In this document: in pieces, positions 16,275 to 31,229 of the stretch
How the letters are laid out: each line of letters starts with the position of its first letter
Numbering within the stretch: position 1 is the stretch's first letter
Assembly (NCBI RefSeq): GCF_009914755.1
Contig: NC_060938.1
Reading direction: 5' to 3' (one strand)
Source: the human T2T-CHM13v2.0 reference genome, Homo sapiens
DNA length: 64,000 bases
Made by a program: the position numbers and the translations under genes
The notes under the pieces: generated by a model
Seen by the model: only the letters and a program-made list of their open reading frames with translations
What the model was told of the DNA's origin: nothing
Database searches by the model: none

Positions 16275-16866
16275 CAGTAACTCCTCATTCAATGTCATTG
16301 GTAGGTTCTTGGGAACTGCAACTTTACGTAAAATAATGTATAACAAAACCAATTTTACCATAAGCTAGTTGATATAAACAAAACTTAAGTTCCTACAGCA
16401 TATTTCTGGTTACAAAAACATCACCAAACTTCTAAGTAAAGATAAAAACACTCCTAATACTAAACATTGAATTAAATGCGAGCTATACATACATTTAAGA
16501 AAGATGAAGAAAAACAAGTAAGATATATATCTACCCAGTTTTTCCAGTTCAGGATCACGAATGGCCAGAGCCTATTCCAGCAGCTCAAGGCCAAGGCAGG
16601 AACCAGCCTTGGACAGGACATCATCCTATCCCAGGATGCATGAACGCGCGCACACACACACACACACACACTCACACTCACTCAGACTGGGGCCATGTAG
16701 ACATGCTAATTCACCTAATGTGCACATCTTTGGGATGTGGGAGGAAACTGGAGTACCTGGAGAAAATTCACATAGACAGTGGTCCTGGCTGGGAATTGAC
16801 TCCTTTTTCCCTCAAAATTACAATGAAATAATGTTGAATGAAATTATGTTATTTGAGGATCTGCAG
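16275..16866 (-). mobile_element. MER6A (TcMar-Tigger non-autonomous DNA transposon)
   Basis: TA on both sides; termini cagtaactcctcat and ttgaggatctgcag; internal gtgcacatctttgggatgtgggaggaaactggagtacctggagaaaa and a (CA)n tract typical of MER6. Confidence 0.85.
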
Positions 16867-17309
16867 TACTTTTGGGCCAGGAGAGTAGGAAATGAAGCAT
16901 AGGAGATATTTGCAGGTAATTTAAAAATATGTATATTCCCATTCAAAAGATGTGTTTCCCCATGACGGTGGACATTTATTGTTGCCATTTTACATCCACT
17001 CCTCTTTTGGGGACTGGCATTTCACTTTTTTGTGGAGAGAATTACTCTTCCATCTGTTGTCCACTGAATGTAAAAACCTGGAACTTTGTTCTCTATGGTC
17101 AAGGTAATAACATGAACCAGGCTATGCAAATTAAACTCTGCTGTGTCTCTAATCCTTGAGCTAAGTGACAGAAAGGCATGAGAGGGGACACTGACTCAAC
17201 TTTTGATCAATTATAGAATCCTAGTGTATTTTCAAGTCCTTCTTAAACACTGTTAGTTGACATATATCCATCAGGTATTTCCAATGCTTCTTTGAAAAAG
17301 CCTGAAAAC

Positions 17310-17705
17310 TGCTATTCTAGTTTCCCAAAGTAGGGGAGGCCATGTGATCTGGTTCTGGCTGATGAGACATAAGGGGCAGTCTACAGCTGGCTTCTGGGGA
17401 ATCTTTTTCCTTCCTGATAAAAAGATGAGGCATGCACATTAAGCTCTCTCACTGCCTTGATGCCTCAGCCTTTATTCAGAGTTTTATAAGGACATGATGT
17501 CTAGATGTTGGCAGCCATCTTGTGACCAAGAGGATAAAGTCAAGGGAATCAGAGATACCAACCTTGCAACTGAAGATTGTGGCACTGAAGAAGACACTCT
17601 AGAACCTCCTACCTACAAACTCCATGTGAAATACATTATGTATCTTTATAGTTTAACATTGTTATGTGAGCTTTCTATGACATATGGCTGAAGGCATCTA
17701 CGATG
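17310..17705 (+). mobile_element. MLT1J/K-type MaLR LTR fragment
   Basis: ggccatgtgatctggttctggctgatgagacataa...gcagccatcttgtgacca...ggctgaaggcatct. Confidence 0.7.
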
Positions 17706-17719
17706 GATTGAATATATAC

Positions 17720-17910
17720 ATGGCAGAGAATTATTTCTTTCCTGTATCCATATTGGTTCCCTTACCCTGTAATTTTAAGTGCCCTCTCACTCTGACTTCG
17801 AGATTGGCCATGTGATTTGCTTTGGCTAATGCGATATAAGCAAATATTCAAATAGAAGTTTGAAAAGCTCCACGGATTAGGTTTGTTTCTCTTGCTGCTC
17901 TTAAAACCTG
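17720..17910 (+). mobile_element. MLT1F/G/H-type LTR fragment
   Basis: ttggccatgtgatttgctttggctaatg...agaagtttgaaaagc...ttgctgctctt. Confidence 0.6.
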
Positions 17911-19639
17911 ACACTACTACGTAAACAGCACATACACATGTGTACACACAAATAAATGGGGATATTTTCTTCCAGTATTCAAAGTTGTAATTTAAGTGAG
18001 CCAAGAATTCACTTGTCACTTATGAACATTTGAAGTTCTGACAGAAATATTTGCTGTTTCCTTTTCATCTTACTTCTTAACATAAATAAAATTATCAACC
18101 AATAGTGATGTCAGAACTACACTAATTGATACTTGCAATCATAGGTTACCTACAGATACAAGATGTTAGAAAAAAAGTTCCCTGAGATATATTTAGCTAT
18201 ACAGAATTTACAATAAATGTGTTTCACATTTTATTAATATTTGTAAATTATATGCTACATACCTCTTATATCAATAAAATTTATAAAGAACATTTTTTTC
18301 AGAGAGTCAGTTGTTAAACACTTATTCCCTCAAGGGCCAGTATGCTGAGCTAGAGAAGTGATTCTTCCAGTTCTCCATTTAACAAAAGGATAATAAATTA
18401 TTTTTTCCCTGACAGAATGCTGCTCAACTCTATAGGAAAAGAATGACATAACCAGTGGAAGTAGGTTGTAACTTCCCTATAAAACTGCAGGGAAAGATAA
18501 AGTAATGGCTGGAGGTGAAGTCAGTAGGTGGATTTCCACATACAAGCACTTTTTATTTGCATTCCTCCTCTTGAGTGGACAAATATTTATTATTATATCC
18601 ATATATCTTATTATATATATATATAATTTCTGAAATGTTTGTACCAATTAGAAATAGGAATCAGATAACACTTTCTTATGCAAAATTCATTTTTAAGAAC
18701 CCATGAGGGCATCACCAACTTAATATGATGAGGTCAAAGGCCAAAAAGTGATGCAATTAACACAGCGATTTAATTTCACTTTTCTGTTTGTGTGCAATCA
18801 TCAAAGAGCAGCCTACGGTACATAAAAAAAGTAAAAAGAATATGTTTAGAAACGAACTTTTCTGATTTCCTGTTTTTTCATAACCTTTACTTTCTGTTGC
18901 TGAAATATGTGCATGAAAATAAGATAAAAAAACCTAGTAGTTTTTGCACTCCTACCACTTTCCTCCCAAAGTCATATTAGGAACAGAGTGTGGGAGGTGT
19001 GCAGGATAGTTCTGCAGGCTGAAGAAAATCTCTTAGTAGAAAGAAATGAGGGTATTGAAAGAGAAATAACAAGACAATAGAATTTTCAAAATATAGATAG
19101 AAAGGGGGAAAATGCAAATGGAAAAGCAAGTCAATATGGTTTAAAAAATTGAGAGAACCAAGAAATGTGAATGATGGTGTGGAAGAGGCAAATGAGATTA
19201 AAAACAGACAAAGAGAAAGAAACAATCACAATGAAACAAATTTTACAGAGCTGGAAAGAAATTTCTGCTTGTAAAAATGATGACAGTGCTGGGGTTTTTA
19301 CTATGTCATAATGAGTATCCACTATCTGCAATGCTTGCCAAACCTTTACCTTAAACTTAAGTAGCTGCTTATTTTCTCCACATTTTTGGTGCCCCAGTCC
19401 TTGGGTGGCTCTATATGTGACAGTAACTCTAGGTAAGAAGTCAACATCATGTACTTAGGCTGTTTTTTCACACAGTATTCTTACATACTCTGCCTATTTG
19501 GGTCTACTTTTGACTTCTTGAATATAATTGAAACAACACGTTTGCCATTTCTGGCCAGACAGAACTCATTCCCCTTTCTTTTGCAAATGGTGTCTATGCC
19601 TACTCTATTGCCTTTATTTTTCTCCTTTATTTCTACATA

Positions 19640-21480
19640 TCCTTTCTCCTCCCCAGCCCAGAGCAAGCCATCATAATGTTTCATGTGTATCTTTTGTTTG
19701 TATGAGTATGCATTTATTTTGATTTACATAAATACCAGTATGCAACATACCACTTTGTTCCTTTTTAGCTTTTGGAATGTATCCAAATTGCCATAGGTAC
19801 ATAAGTCCATAGCCTCTACCTGCTATATCATATGCCTTGATGTCTAGTATATTCTACTTACCCACTTTTTCAATGATGTACACCTAGATCTCTACTAACT
19901 TGCTGCCCAAACAATGTGGCAACGGATAGCCTGATGCATGCCTCCTTACGTACCTGTGTGAGAATTTTTTTGAGAACATACGTATGCAAAAGGGCTGAGT
20001 TACAGTATTCATTTATCTTAATTAAATAGTGCTAGACTGTTCTGTAGGATGATGGCAACAGTTTACACTTTTACCAGCAGTGCCTAAGGCTTCCTAAATA
20101 CAAAACTCTTTGCCAACATTGGCTATTACCCAACTTTTCCAACTTTTTGCAGCTTAACTGATGAGAGATGACATGCCATAATTCCTTTAGTTTGCATTTA
20201 TCTAACTACAAAATAATTTGAGGTGGTGGGCATTAAAAGTTTCTTCCTCTATAAATTAGCTTTTCATATTCATTGCTTATTTTAAGACATTACAAATAAC
20301 TCCATCCATTTAATCACATGCTTATTAGTGTTGTCCACGCTGTCCTTTGATGAGCAGAAATTCTATAAGTGATGTCATCAAATTCATCAATTATGTATTT
20401 TATAATTTTGCTTACAAAGTTTGTTTAATATGGCCTTCTTCCAACTTCATTACCAAGGTGGTCTCCTAAATGGTCTTTGATTCAATTTACAATTTTAGCT
20501 TTCATATTTAAGTTTTTCATCTACTAGAAATACAGCTTTGTATACTGTATTAACTAGGCATCAGTTTTACTTTTTCCATATAGTAAAACAATTTTTCCAA
20601 TTATCTATTAATCAATCTGTTCTCTATTGATTATGGTTTAACTCTTTATCATATATAAATTTTTCCTGTTTACATCAGTTTATTTCTAAGTCCTTTATTC
20701 AATCTCTTCAGTCTATTTCTCATTCTTATACAAGTAAAACACTATTTTAAAAAAGTTTACTATGACTTGGTATTACATCTTAATACTTAAAGAACAAATA
20801 CCTCTGCCTTTCCCTTCTTGAGACTGATTCAGCTATTTGTGGAATTCTTTCATAAAATTTTTGAAGTTTAGTATTTTTTATCCAACTGATATTGAGATCA
20901 AGGTTCATTTAGGGAGATTGATATTTTTATGATACTAACTTATATCATCCCAAAAGCATGGGTAGTTTCTTCTTATATACATTATCTATTATATTTTTAT
21001 TAGGGTTTTAATATTTCACACAGACACCTTATATAAATTCAATTATGTTAATTCCTACATACTTTATACTTTCTAGTGGTGTTTTTTCCGTTAAAATTTC
21101 TAGTTGATTTTTCCTGGTATAGAAAAATATTATTGATTTCTAAAAGTTGATCTTGGATCTAAGACCTTGCTTAACTCTTCATAGCTTTTAACCATTGATT
21201 TATGAATTCTGTGTCTGCTTTTTAAGACAGGTGGTCATTTCATCTGCAAATAATTAGAGGCTTATCTCTCCCATTCTGATCCTTCCATTTTTTTCTTTTT
21301 TAAAAGTGTTTTCCCATATCTACTACTTTTTTCTTGTTTCATAGCTTTAAAAACATGTACTAAATTTCTCCATAAAATATAAGCATTTCTCTAGGTTTCT
21401 TGTACCTCACATTTTCTAAATTAATGATGTAGCCTTCTATTCCTTTATTCCTAAGATACATTTTTCATTAACAGTTATCA
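19640..21480 (-). mobile_element. Ancient L1ME-type 3'UTR/ORF2 relic
   Basis: Antisense L1M motifs: tttacacttttaccagcagtg, ttagtttgcatt, gtcatttcatctgcaaata, ccttctattcct. Confidence 0.7.
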
Positions 21481-23249
21481 AACCTGTGAGTCACAGGCCA
21501 AGTCAACAAAGCCAAGAGACAAACCCCGGCGACACAGAGTGCCGGAAAAAAAACAAACTTACCCCTGGTTGATACGGCTTTGTGTACCAAGATAGTCCCT
21601 CAAGAGACATTTTTCAGCTGGTTTCTGTCACTTGTAATCATAGGATTTCTAAAACTTTGCTCCTAACTCCTTGGCCTGAATAATAGATCTTTCCTGGCTC
21701 ATGGGTCACTGCCCTCCAGCCCTCCAAAAGTTTGCCCTTTTTCTGACCAGAGAGAAATTGTTAACTTTGTAGCCTTTGCCTTGATATCAGAAGAACCCAT
21801 TTTCTACTTGCTCTCATATGTGCTTAGACAAGGCACTGTATGCAGTAGCTTTGATCTCACTTTCAACTTTGTTTAAACTTGACTTTCTTTGGAACCTGTG
21901 AACAACCAGCTTTCTCTTTAGTTCTCTGCCCAATCAGCCCAGGCCACACAGTCATTGATTTGCAGGTAACATGGAGATTTACCTATTATCACACACATTC
22001 ATCACTTAATTCCCATAGCTACTCCCCAATTGTGACACTCCTGTTTCATAAACCTAATGAGAAAGAAATAGGAAAAAAAATCATGTTTATATATAGTCAT
22101 ATCTATATCTATATCTATAAGGTTATACATATGCATTTTTCCTCTAGTAAGTTCTGGCACTCTCAATACCCCCATTGAGTTTCCAGAACATATGATATCA
22201 TTTCAAAGACATATGACAGAGAAACAATGTTTAGATTTCCAAAAGTGACACAAACTGAATTTTAACTGTAACAAACTGTTGTACCAAGCTATGTTTAAAA
22301 ACTTTACATTTAGAAACAATGACACATGCTGCCAAAGTCTGTTTGAAGTGTTCTTTCTCTGTACTATGCGTAAAGACTTTCTAAGTTCTTAAATCAAAAT
22401 TTACTCAGTCATGAAGGTGTATTCAAAAATTTGAGGTATTTTGTGTGTGCATGTGTGTGTGTCTAGAATTTTTAAATATGCATGCATATTTAATAGTTCA
22501 TCTCTACAATTTAACTTTTAAGAATAAATGCTATGTGTAAAAAAACACTAATGGCACAGCTAGCTCTTTGGAACGTTAAAGTAAAAAGCAAGACAAAACT
22601 CCCACCAGAAACTGCCCAGTGTCTGTCCTTGATCCCTCTTGATGGCACTAGAACCAGTGTGGACACTGGGTACTCATGTGTTTTCAGGAACAATGACAGT
22701 AGTCCCACCTGTGCTCCACAGCAGACTAGGGGCTTTGCTACACAATCAGAAAGTTCAAGGTCCTACAGACAGAGCTATGGGAGCCTGCATGGTTGCAAAG
22801 CCAAGGTGGTAGCCCCAGATTGGGGAATACAGTGTTTCAAAAATTATCTGAAAGGCTCAGGACTCCTCATATGAAATTGCTCTTTCAGTTAGCTATTCTC
22901 AACTTTATGAAAAGGGCAGAGTGACTGGGACCTCTTTCTATGTGTCTTTTACTCTAATATCCTCTGGTTAGAACAGATTATTTGTCTTTGGAGTAATTTA
23001 TAAACTGTGTGTTTTTAACTTTAGATTTATTTGTTGGTGTAATTAAAAGAGTAAATATCATTTATTTGTAACCCAAAGTTTTCAGTGATATAATTAATTG
23101 TACTATGGGTTAAATGAATCAATCATGTGTGAATGGTTCTTAATAAATATCAGTAGCATTAACACATCATATTGCTAGTAATGGGAGCAGCTCTATACCC
23201 TGAAGGAAAAAATAACTGAAGTCTGTTAGCTATTATCACCATTCTCAGA

Positions 23250-24050
23250 GTCTAACACAGTGCCTGGCCATGCAGAGAAACATCATGCTAAACCCAAAGG
23301 ATTCTGGGATGAAAGTTATTTCCTGCTTTTGAGGAGTTTCAAGTCTAGTGAAAGAGCTGCAGAGCCATGCAGCTAAATGCAAGGTGCCAGGGAAGCACAG
23401 ATGCAAGGTACCTAGCCCCACCTGAAGGTTACATGGAGAAACTATCATCTCACCTGAGGTTTGAAGCATGACATGTAGCTGAGCAAAGAGAGAAGAGGCA
23501 TGTGCAAATACATAGCAATCCAGGAGACTGACTGACGGTTCAGTATGCCTAGGATAAATCATATTGCAGGAAAATGGCAGGAGAGGTGGCTGGGAATAGT
23601 TCTGAGTGTCACAACAAAGACTTTGCATTTTATTGTGGACATAAAATTTAATTGGTTTTATTATGGACAGAAAAATTAATTGGTTTTTAAAAATAAACCA
23701 ATTAATTTTTCTGTCCACAATAAAACCAATTATTAAAAACCAATTAAAAAAATAAAACAGGGCCTGATCATAGATGAGGTCTTTCAAAGACTGGTTTAAA
23801 GGGAGTGAGAATGGAGACAGGGGTGAATGGCAGTAATCCAAATAGGGAGTTTTGGGGACCTTGCCAAAGTCAGAGCCAGTAGGGATAAAGGGAATGGCAG
23901 CAGATTTGATATGGAGGGTGTAATGTGTACCAGGAAATGACAGAGACAGGACATCCTTCATATCTGGGGTTTCATCCACCAGATCATGTTGACATTCTCT
24001 AAAGCTGGGACTACAGGAGGAATAGCAGACATAGGGGAAAACATGAGGAA
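23250..24050 (-). mobile_element. L2 fragment containing a palindromic rearrangement
   Basis: Antisense L2 motifs: cctgcttttgaggagtttcaagtctagtg, aaagactttgcattttatt, gcagtaatccaaat. Confidence 0.6.
23628..23747. repeat. 28-bp tandem duplication plus a 38-bp inverted repeat with an 8-nt spacer
   Basis: Arms 23649-23686 and 23695-23732 are complementary at 37/38 positions; tandem units are 23628-23655 and 23656-23683. Confidence 0.92.
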
Positions 24051-25199
24051 CGGTTCTAAGGACCTATGAAATGCAGGACGCAAGATTTGTTTCCTGGGTG
24101 TGTCTCTTTCTGATTGCACTGCATGGAAGCCAGTAATTTTCTGCCAAAATTATAGTTTCCTAACGGAGTAAATAAAAAAACTCTCCCTACCAAGAGAGGG
24201 AGATTAAAGCATGGAAGAGAGAAAGAAAAAAAAAAAAGCTACTTCAATGAGTGGAGTGTGCATTGTGGAAGAAAAAGAGGGAAGTGGTAACCACAGAAGG
24301 TGGAGAGAGAATAATTATCAGCAGCAAGACTGAGCCAAACCTTAGCAACCATACAGACTTGATCGAGAGGTGGATACAATGAAAGTTTTCAAAAGCGTTT
24401 TGACCCAGGACACCCAAAACTAAAACTTCCAGAGATGCCTGGCAGTTCAGCAGGAGGTCAGAGAACTCAGGCACCTCTTGTTGATATAACGTAAAGGCCT
24501 GTTCTCTCCCTCTGAGCCAAGTTAGAAAGGATAGAGCAGGGCATATTTCACTCCTCTTTTCACAGATGTAGTCAGTTGGCAAATATATAACTAGAGAAGT
24601 TTAACTGAAATATCAGGACGTATTTATATCTTATTTGCAAAAGGTCAATTCTTCAATTGAGCTCTAGAGCACAAGAGAAAAACTCCACAAAGATATTATA
24701 CTTAGTCTATACTTCATTTTTCAACCATTATTTTTAAATTGGGAGATTTCACATAATTGCTGATTTGTCTTCAAAAATTACAAGATCTGGCCACATAAAG
24801 CCCACCTTCCTCCATAACATGTAAAGCCAGGATTAGAGAAGTCCCTGTCTCCAGATGGAGAACATGCAAATTTTGGAGCCTCAGTCTATCACACTTCAAG
24901 AATTCTCTTGTCACATCAGTTATTTTCCATACTGCAAATATATTTATTTGGTATAAGCACATTCACTTCTACTAGAGAGTTTCTATACTTACGAACTCCC
25001 AATTTATTGTGTTTCATATATAAGAAGAAAGCTGTGCTCCAAAGCAGTAGTCTCTCAACATTTTAGAAACAGTGTCCGTTACTCACATGTGATCATTTTG
25101 GTCTTAACCATCATCAAAGCATTCCCTAGTCTAAGGAGACTGTTGTAACTTTGCTAGGTTCTGTGGTGTTGTACAATCACAGTTAACACATTATATTGA

Positions 25200-25249
25200 G
25201 ATTAGGTGCATAGGCAGTGAGTGTGGATTAGGTGCATAGGCAGTGAGTG
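25200..25249. repeat. Perfect 24-bp direct repeat (period 26)
   Basis: gattaggtgcataggcagtgagtg at 25200-25223 and 25226-25249. Confidence 0.95.
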
Positions 25250-26357
25250 CTAGTAAGAAGAAGTATATTATTAGGACGCAAAAAAAAAAGAAGAGAAAAA
25301 ATGAACAAAGAGAGTAATTGGGAATATTCCATGTGCACACCTGAAAGAGCATGTCAATCACCTGGTGTGTGGAAAGCACAGCACCCATGAAATAGATTCT
25401 AATTAATTTAAAAACAGCAATCTTTCTATTAGTGTGAAAGTAAGCTCACTCATTAAACTGGCCATATTGATAAATGTGCTAAGTATCTTCATACTTCAGA
25501 TAACCTTAAACACTGTCATAACATTAATACAAAAATGTAAATGTTCCAGAAGCCACCATAGCCTGAGTAGTAACTACATCACTATCCCTCCACATTCTTA
25601 GCAGTAGTTTAAAAGTTGTGCAATTTAGTGATTCTTGGATTAAGTTTGAGTGTCATTTGAGCACAATGGGGAAGCTTCTATTAAAATGTGTAACAGTACT
25701 TTGATGCAAGAAATATGAGAGCTCACCAAGCAAACAGAAAATGTGAGAGTCACGGCACGGTGGCAGAAACTGGCATTGTGCGCAGTAAGTCATCAGGCTC
25801 ATCTAAATGAAAGCCTTAGATGAAAGTGAAAAATCGTCAAATGAAAACTCTCAAGAGAGCATTCATATGGAACATTCTGTATGTATATTCTCATTTTGAC
25901 TAAGGGAGACTGCATATCAGTCACAGGCAAAATATTTTCTATTTATAAAAGTAATGTCAACTTTTTCATATTCAGAGGTTTATGGTCAAAAGTTAAAATA
26001 GTCTGGCCAGCCATACCGTTGACTATAAACACATGCAAAGGCTTTAGAAATACAGAGCTCCCCATAGTTATTAAATAAGAGGCCACTGTGTCCAGTTAAT
26101 GGGCAAGAATCATTGTTTACTATTTTTGTATGATGGCAGTTTTCAATAGCTCTTTTATTTTTCCTTTTAATACACAGCATTCCATTCAGCCAACTCTAAA
26201 TTCCCTTTTACTCATATTGGAGAAATTGTTCTACATTCTAATTTGCATAGTCACTTCTTTATGCCAATAAAAAACCACACACATTTCAATCCTGCTTGTA
26301 CCACTGGTTCATTAAAACAGCGTCTGGATTTTGAATTCAATTTCAGATGACACCTAA

Positions 26358-26685
<328 letters not shown>

Positions 26686-26974
26686 TTTTCTCACCTTCCT
26701 AAACATACCAGTTAAAATGCATATTAATGAATTATTTCTGGATTACTACACCTAGTAGCTCCATTCTACCAGGCCTTACAACACAAGTCACTCCACTTTG
26801 TTCTTCAGTTTTTCTAAACCCTTTTAAACACATTTGCCTTGATAATAACAATCTTCCTGTTTATGTTTGGGTAGCTTACATTTATATAGTTATATAATAA
26901 AAGTTTATCCTAATAGAATTGATCATCTTAGGCATATCTTTGTCAGCCAGATTCTTTACGTTTTAGCCAAAATC

Positions 26975-27148
26975 TTTATTTTTTTCTTTTTTTAGAGACA
27001 GTTTCTTGCTCTGTCACCCAGGCTGCAGTGCACTGGTGTGATCATAGCTCACTGCAGCCTCAAACTCCTGCTGAAGCCATCTTCCTGTTTCACCCTTCCA
27101 AGTAGCTAGGGCTACAAGTACATACCACTGCACTCAGCTAATTTTTCA
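26975..27148 (-). mobile_element. Alu right monomer (AluJ fragment or FRAM)
   Basis: Single arm with J-type gatcatagctcactgcagcctcaaactcctg. Confidence 0.8.
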
Positions 27149-27314
27149 CTTTTAATTACCATTTTATTCCCTTATTTTAAGCAACCAGTATTAAAATCTT
27201 TCTAATATAGAAGACATGCTTCCTTGCCCCCTTAAGTATATTTTGATAAAGATAGTTTAAATTTTGAACATTAGCTTGAACTGATCACAATGAACATCAA
27301 CAATTACTGGAAGC

Positions 27315-27500
27315 AACACAGTAGAGCATTGTAAGAACAAGCATGTTAAAAGTCCTGAGTTCAATGCCCAAATTCATAAGTAACTTGGGACTGTCTGAGT
27401 CTTGGATTGCTTATCCACAAAATGTGAATAAGAGCACATTTCTCATTTCATTGTTGAGACTGTTAAATTACTAATAGCACTCAAATAGGGTAAGTTTGTG
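27315..27500 (+). mobile_element. MIR
   Basis: cctgagttcaatgccc...ctgagtcttggattgcttatccacaaaatg resembles the MIR core. Confidence 0.55.
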
Positions 27501-27812
27501 TCATTCATCTGGAAGGCTGAGGTGTTTTCAGTATCTGCTGAGATAGATGAGACTTCCACCTCTACTCTAGACAGATCCAAACCAGTGCACATTTAAAGTT
27601 CTCATGCCTGATGTTATTATTATTGTCCATTATCCTGTGCTATCAGCTGATTATTATCACTGATACACTTATGTTACTCAGTGGTCTAATAAGTAAAAAA
27701 GAGAGCACAGTATACAATTTTTAGAAAAGCATCCTCCCTGCATAAAGCAGAAAAAGTTCTTCCTTTTTACCCTTTAATAGGAGAAGTGGGTTGCTCTAAC
27801 AGTGATGTTCTT

Positions 27813-28109
<297 letters not shown>

Positions 28110-28801
28110 CTTAACAGTGGGGCTCTTGAAAGAAGATGGGGGAAGAAGAGGTGCTACAAAGTAACTTAAGCCAATTTGGCCAATTGCAACTGTACAATTC
28201 TTTGGATAAACACACTAGTTTTATAGTATAATCAGGACACTATGTGTGTAATGAAATCAAGCTCTAGACTGAACTTGGCAACAAGTTCAAACACACATTA
28301 GAAAGTAGGCATAAATACTGTCATACTACCTATTACTATAGACTCTTGAACTCCACTCCCTTTGTCTTCATAGGCACTCCAGCCACCACTCTGCATGAAA
28401 GAGTCACCATTCTAGAAGGACCAGCTACTCTTCTAGTCAAATCAGAAGACAGGATGCTTCTTTGAGTGAACCCCCTGGAATTCTCAACTTAGAGGCTCTG
28501 CTCTGAAGGTATTAGCTATTCTACTTACAAGATTCTTATATGTCTCTCATGCAAAGGATGAAGGCACCTGTATAATTACTAACAGACAACATTCATCTCA
28601 ACATTTAAGAATTATTTCTGACAACTATTTCACTAATAAATGAATTTCATGGTCATATTTACGTGACAATATTTGAAATGTCTTAGTGACCACTTCTAGA
28701 TTGCAGACTCCCACTAAGGCCCTTCCTATATAACTCCCTATGCCTGTGGTGGAAAATAAACGTGTGCATACACATATATTACTATCTATACTAAGGTATT
28801 T

Positions 28802-29591
<790 letters not shown>

Positions 29592-30104
29592 TTAATGTTA
29601 TGTTCCTGGTGGTAGGTGAAGGACAGAGAAAGAAAGGCAGAAGTAGCCTCAAGGCCAGGAAATGCTCCTATAACCTTGGGTGTTGCCCCAGGGTCTTCCA
29701 CAGATGTTCAAAGTAACTGAGGATTTGGCCTGTGTCTCATAGAAGCCACAAGAAAGGATACTGGAGGGGGAACTGAGCACTTAAAGACTCCTCTTTTTGC
29801 AGCTGCAATTCTTTCTGCTCTCTCCTCCCTCTTTCCTGTGGTCTGTGAATCTACACAGAGTTCAGAACTAGCCGCAGCAGCTCCTACTTTATTTAGGATA
29901 TACTATCTGTTTGATTTTGGCTCATCCTGGATCCAAAGCAATCCTGGCAGCCTAAATTACCCTTCCCTTCCTCTGATTTATTGATTATAATTTGCTCTAA
30001 ATTTGTAAATTAGAATTGTCTGTATTATTTCTTTGTGCATGTACATACGTAAGTGTGTGTATATAGAGAGTTTTTTTTTCTTTTACAATAATACTTGAAT
30101 CATT

Positions 30105-30250
30105 CTGCAGAAGAGAATCACCTGGGGAGAATTTTAAAAGCATACGGGTCTTATCCTAGAGATAGACTCAGTCAAAATCTCTGCAAGGGTCCCAAGCATT
30201 ACTTTGGGGAGAATTTTGGTTTTAACGTACATGCTTGGTAAAGAACCATG
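30105..30250. mobile_element. MER5A-like hAT MITE
   Basis: agaatcacctggggag...actcagtcaaaatctctg...aagaaccatg. Confidence 0.55.
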
Positions 30251-30455
30251 GAAGAACTGCCAATTTTCAGTAATGATGAACTAAATTTTCAGAACAATCT
30301 TTCTCCACTGGAAAAAAAAATCTAAAAAGTACTATTTAAAAAAAAATAAATACCTTTAAATCATTGAAGAGTTGACAAGGTAAGAGGGAAATATTAGGTC
30401 AATACTGAAGGAAAAATTGGAAACGACAGAGGTTAGCTAGAATGGAAGACACCTC

Positions 30456-30833
30456 TCTATGATTCAATTTCTGCTGCTATAATACAATACCTAAGACTGG
30501 GTAATTTATAAGTAATAGAAATTTATTTCTCACAGTTCTGGAGGCTGGGAAGTCCAAGACCAAGGTGCAGCAGTTTGATGTCTGGTAAGGGCTGCTCTCT
30601 GCTTCAAAGATGGTGCCTTGTAGCTGCATCCTCATGGGCAGAAGGAACGGAAGAGGCAAAAACAAGCTAACTCCCTCTGACATGCCCTTTTATAAAGGCA
30701 CATAATACTATTTATGAGGGTGGAGCTCTCATGATCAATTATATCCTAAAGGCCACACCTCTTAAGAGTTTTGCATTGGGGATTAAGTTTCAATATGAAC
30801 TTTAGATGGAACAAAACCATTTAAATCATAGCA
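30456..30833 (-). mobile_element. MSTD/MLT1A-type MaLR solo LTR
   Basis: agactgggtaatttataa...cacagttctggaggctgggaagtccaaga...ggggattaagtttcaa...catagca. Confidence 0.85.
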
Positions 30834-31229
30834 ACTGCATTTGCCAATTCTGACAAATTTCAAAATTCCTGCGGATTTGAACTTTTACCTGGATGGCCTT
30901 ACTAGTGGAAGATGACCAAAATTAAAGTCTCAGACTGACAAAGATTAGGGGATCTAATAGGAGATCACCCTGGTAGAAGAAAATATAGATTCTTTTTGGA
31001 ATCCCAACATAAACTCAGGTACAAGTGAAATAGAATGAATTGGCGGCCCATTACTAAAACCCCCAAAGAAACTCAAGCCTTGAACTTGGTTGCTGTTAGA
31101 CTCAAAGTGTCTCCAGGTGCCTGGCAGAAGCAAATATAGATTATCTCTGTGGGAGTGTACCTTCATTCTAGAACTCAACTAAATCTGAACACATATAACA
31201 GACAAATAACTAGTATCCAGAAGATAACA

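Noticed and set aside
23245-23979. 244-aa minus-strand ORF, the longest non-L1 ORF
   Set aside because: It lies in a decayed L2 and runs through the AT-rich palindrome; there is no recognisable domain and the start is not ATG. Chance ORF.
24244-24582. 112-aa ORF with a hydrophobic C-terminus
   Set aside because: Non-ATG start, no recognisable homology, no flanking splice-site pair.
25200-25249. CRISPR-like repeats
   Set aside because: Only two copies with a 2-bp gap, in human DNA, with no spacers or cas genes.
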